64,000 nucleotides of DNA. Origin: Betaproteobacteria bacterium (GTDB lineage: Bacteria; Pseudomonadota; Gammaproteobacteria; Burkholderiales; Burkholderiaceae_C). The DNA lies in contig JBJTHN010000028.1 of the NCBI GenBank assembly GCA_046094505.1, positions 48,379 through 112,378 on the forward strand, read 5' to 3'. The stretch's first letter is position 1. Each line of letters opens with the position of its first letter. Shown piece by piece: positions 61,309-64,000 of this stretch. The position numbers were made by a program, and so were the translations under genes. The notes under the pieces were generated by a model. It was given only the letters and a program-made list of their open reading frames with translations, was not told the DNA's origin and made no database searches.

Positions 61309-61371
61309 CGGTATCTCCGAAAGATGGCTAAACGGCGATTTTAGGTGGGTACCCCCCATTGGCGCGCACGC

Positions 61372-62322
61372 ATGATCGACATCACCCTGCAGAATTTTGA
61401 ATCCGAGCTCATCCAAGGCTCGTCCGAGCAGCCCGTCCTGCTGGATATCTGGGCCCCGTGGTGCGGGCCTTGCCGTACTCTGGGCCCGATGCTGGAAAAG
61501 CTGGAAGTGGCCTATGCCGGGCGCTTCAAGCTGGCCAAGCTCAACAGCGACGACCAGCCCCAGATCGCCGGCCAGCTCAGCCAGATGTTTGGCGTGCGCT
61601 CCATCCCGTTTTGCGTGATGTTCAGCCAAGGCCAGCCGGTCGACGGCTTCGTGGGTGCCTTGCCTGAATCACAAATTCGCGAGTTCCTGGACAAGCACGT
61701 GCCCAGCACCGATGAGCTGGAAGCCCTGGCCGAGGTGGAAGAAGCCGAAGCCCTGATGGAAGACGGCGATGCCGATGCCGCGCTTGTGAAGTTGCAGGCC
61801 GCCGTGCAGGCCGACCCCCAGAACGACACCGCACGCTTTGACCTCATCAAGCTGCTGCTGGAACTCGGCGAGGTGGCCGCGGCGCGCAGCGCCTTCGATG
61901 AGGTGACGAGCCGTTACGGGCTGGACGCCCGCCTGGTGGCCGCTGGCCACTGGATCCAAGCGGTGGAAGCTGCCGCTGGTGCCCGTGACATCCAAGCGCT
62001 GCAAGCGGCCATTGCCGCCAACCGGCGCGACTTCGAAGCCCGCTTTGAATTGGCCCAATGTCACTTCGCTGCAGGCCGGCACACCGAAGCGATGGACGAG
62101 CTGCTGGAAATCATCATGCGCGACAAAGCCTGGAGTGAGGAGCGGGCGCGCAAGACCTACGTGGCCATTTTGGAGATCATCACCAAGCCTCAGCCCAAGC
62201 CGGCTGCAGGCGATGCCGCAGCATCCAAGGGCGGGCTTGAACTCACCGGCAAGGCGGCTGTACCCAGTGGCGACCCGGTGGTGGACCAGTACCGCCGCAA
62301 GTTGAGCATGGCCCTGTTCTGA
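61372..62322 (+). CDS. thioredoxin-domain protein with C-terminal TPR-like domain (YbbN/CnoX-like) retaining a WCGPC active site
   Basis: Start set to [14 protein letters not shown]. It has [16 protein letters not shown]. The C-terminal helical repeats are [18 protein letters not shown] ... [24 protein letters not shown]. Confidence 0.8.
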   Translation: MIDITLQNFESELIQGSSEQPVLLDIWAPWCGPCRTLGPMLEKLEVAYAGRFKLAKLNSDDQPQIAGQLSQMFGVRSIPFCVMFSQGQPVDGFVGALPESQIREFLDKHVPSTDELEALAEVEEAEALMEDGDADAALVKLQAAVQADPQNDTARFDLIKLLLELGEVAAARSAFDEVTSRYGLDARLVAAGHWIQAVEAAAGARDIQALQAAIAANRRDFEARFELAQCHFAAGRHTEAMDELLEIIMRDKAWSEERARKTYVAILEIITKPQPKPAAGDAAASKGGLELTGKAAVPSGDPVVDQYRRKLSMALF

Positions 62323-62390
62323 CCCCCGGCATCGCGCAGCCTGCGCGGCGTCAGCCGCACTGCAGCCAGCGGTTGCGGCCGCGCAAGCCG

Positions 62391-63293
62391 TCAGCCCATC
62401 AGGCGATCCAGCGCCTCGCGGTACTTTTGCGCAGTGCGCTGCACCACTTCATTGGGCAGCGCCGGCGCAGGTGCCTGCTTGTTCCAGGGGGCACCGTTGA
62501 CCGTGGCCTGCTCCAACCAATCCCGCACGAACTGCTTGTCGTAGCTCGGGGGGTTCTCGCCCACGGCGTAGCTCTCCACCGGCCAGTAGCGTGATGAATC
62601 AGGTGTGAGCACCTCGTCCATCAGGGTCAAGGTGCCGGCCTCGTCCAAACCGAATTCAAACTTGGTGTCGGCCATGATGATGCCCTTGCCCAGGGCATAG
62701 TCGGCCGCCTCGCGGTACAGGCGAATCGACACGGTGCGCACCCGCTCAGCCAGGTCCTGCCCGATGATGTCGACCATGCGCGCGAAGCTGATGTTCTCGT
62801 CGTGCTCGCCCATCTCAGCCTTGGTTGCCGGGGTGAAGATAGGCTCGGGCAGTTTCTGCGCATTGCGCAAACCGGCCGGCAGGGCAACGCCGCAAACGGC
62901 CTGGTTGTGTTGGTATTCCTTCCAACCGCTGCCGGCCAAGTAGCCACGCACCACCGCCTCTACCGGCAGGGGTTTGAGACGCTTGACGAGCATCGAGCGC
63001 CCCATCACCTGCGGCTTTTCCTGGGCCTGCACCACCGACAGCGGGTCTTCGCCCGTCAGGTGGTTGGGCACCACATGGCCCAAGCGCGCAAACCAGAACA
63101 GCGCCATGCGGGTGAGCAATTCGCCCTTGCCGGGAATGGGCTCGCCCATCACCACATCAAAAGCCGACAGCCGGTCACTGGCCACCATCAGGATGCGGTC
63201 ATGCCCCACCGCGTAGTTGTCCCGCACCTTGCCGCGCGCCAACAGGGGCAGCGACGTGATGGATGAATTCAGCAGGGCAGGAGAAGCGGTCAC
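62391..63293 (-). CDS. purC: phosphoribosylaminoimidazole-succinocarboxamide synthase
   Basis: GTG start. [20 protein letters not shown] and ADTKFEFG are present. Confidence 0.93.
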   Translation of the reverse strand: MTASPALLNSSITSLPLLARGKVRDNYAVGHDRILMVASDRLSAFDVVMGEPIPGKGELLTRMALFWFARLGHVVPNHLTGEDPLSVVQAQEKPQVMGRSMLVKRLKPLPVEAVVRGYLAGSGWKEYQHNQAVCGVALPAGLRNAQKLPEPIFTPATKAEMGEHDENISFARMVDIIGQDLAERVRTVSIRLYREAADYALGKGIIMADTKFEFGLDEAGTLTLMDEVLTPDSSRYWPVESYAVGENPPSYDKQFVRDWLEQATVNGAPWNKQAPAPALPNEVVQRTAQKYREALDRLMG

Positions 63294-63358
63294 AGGATGT
63301 CCAGTTGGGGTCCGGGCGGGCCCGCATTCGCAGGCTCCCCCCCTCGGGTCACCCGATT

Positions 63359-63841
63359 TTAGGGCGCAGGCGTTTGGGTGAACCCGACATACCGCGCACA
63401 GAAACGGGCCTTGCCCTGCGCCTCGAAGGCCTGCGGGCTCCAGTCACCGGGCTCCAAGCGATGTTCAAACTCTGGGCGGTATCGATACACCCAGGTCTTC
63501 TGTCGCGCGGCTGGGGCGGCTCCTGCTGGAGCCAGGCCGTCCGTGGTGGCGGGGTGTTCAAGCACCACCTCTACCGGCACGCGCTCATACTCCTGGCCCT
63601 CAAAGGCATCCAGACGCTGAAAGTCCTGCGGCGTCAGGCCTGTGTAGAGCACACCCTGTAGCGCCTGAGCACCGCTTTGCGGCACCAATCCGGGATAGTC
63701 CTGCCCCCGAACCGGGTGCCGCGCATGGCCATGCAGCCAAGCCTGCGTGTGCTGCAGCGCCGACACCTCCCGGCCGCAGACGCGGGTCATGATGTCGGGC
63801 CACATCAAGGAGCCATAGGCGAAGCAGGTGCTGAGTTCCAC
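63359..63841 (-). CDS. gamma-glutamylcyclotransferase-like (AIG2/GGACT fold) protein
   Basis: [13 protein letters not shown] (YGSL motif) and the later YERV. I place the start at the in-frame GTG at 63841, because the track extension would overlap the fba stop region. The start is uncertain. Confidence 0.6.
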   Translation of the reverse strand: MELSTCFAYGSLMWPDIMTRVCGREVSALQHTQAWLHGHARHPVRGQDYPGLVPQSGAQALQGVLYTGLTPQDFQRLDAFEGQEYERVPVEVVLEHPATTDGLAPAGAAPAARQKTWVYRYRPEFEHRLEPGDWSPQAFEAQGKARFCARYVGFTQTPAP

Positions 63842-63860
63842 ACCAGGGCTGACAGGTGCG

Positions 63861-64000
63861 TCAGTGCACCACCTGGTTGAGTTCGCCACGCTGGTAGGCG
63901 AGCGCCATGTCGTGCAGGCTGCGCGCCGCAATCTTGCCCGCCTGGCCCTCACAGCCGAACTGCAGGTAGCGCGCCTTGCACACCTGCATCGCAGCTTCGC
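63861..64000 (-). CDS. fba: class II fructose-bisphosphate aldolase, C-terminal end only (gene runs off the window end)
   Basis: Own translation: EAAMQVCKARYLQFGCEGQAGKIAARSLHDMALAYQRGELNQVVH*. It resembles the C-terminus of Calvin-cycle-subtype class II FBA (..CKxRxxxFGxxGxAxKI...L..MA..Y..GEL). The fba-purC neighbourhood is common in Burkholderiales. Confidence 0.65.
   Translation of the reverse strand, partial: EAAMQVCKARYLQFGCEGQAGKIAARSLHDMALAYQRGELNQVVH

Noticed and set aside
62323-62390. Short palindrome CGCGCAG-C-CTGCGCG in the convergent trx-TPR / purC spacer as a bidirectional terminator.
   Set aside because: Once a viable loop is allowed, the stem is only about 5-6 bp, and there is no flanking T/A tract on either strand. 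That is too weak to call.

Overview
High-GC chromosomal segment. Gene content and synteny look like core Betaproteobacteria/Burkholderiales genome: dapF-DUF484-xerC, two lpxL-type acyltransferases divergent from metK, SAH riboswitch-ahcY-metF, fba...purC...purE-purK-tsaC, and tsaB-rimI-udg. I call about 55 intact protein genes, two edge-truncated CDS, one SAH riboswitch, one Phd/YefM-VapC toxin-antitoxin module, one MexAB-OprM-type RND efflux operon, several small repeats and palindromes, and five gene relics. I saw no rRNA, tRNA, CRISPR array, transposase, phage block or recognisable defence island. XerC here is the housekeeping recombinase in its usual operon. I did not find a convincing wholly new multi-gene system. 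The leads most worth follow-up are: (1) a secreted beta-lactamase-fold serine hydrolase fused to a NamZ/DUF1343 exo-muramidase domain, sitting between glmS and blc; (2) a tandem pair of SGNH lipoproteins in which one copy has lost the Ser nucleophile and contains no histidine at all; (3) a 2.4 kb gene-decay zone with SGNH, alpha/beta-hydrolase and AraC relics, plus a PrpD relic elsewhere; (4) an SAH-riboswitch-led ahcY-tlyA-metF unit with a possible SD-sequestering helix; (5) an orphan IorB-type molybdoenzyme with a 15-bp tandem duplication of its start codon. All family assignments come from motif recognition by eye on the supplied translations. No database search was run.
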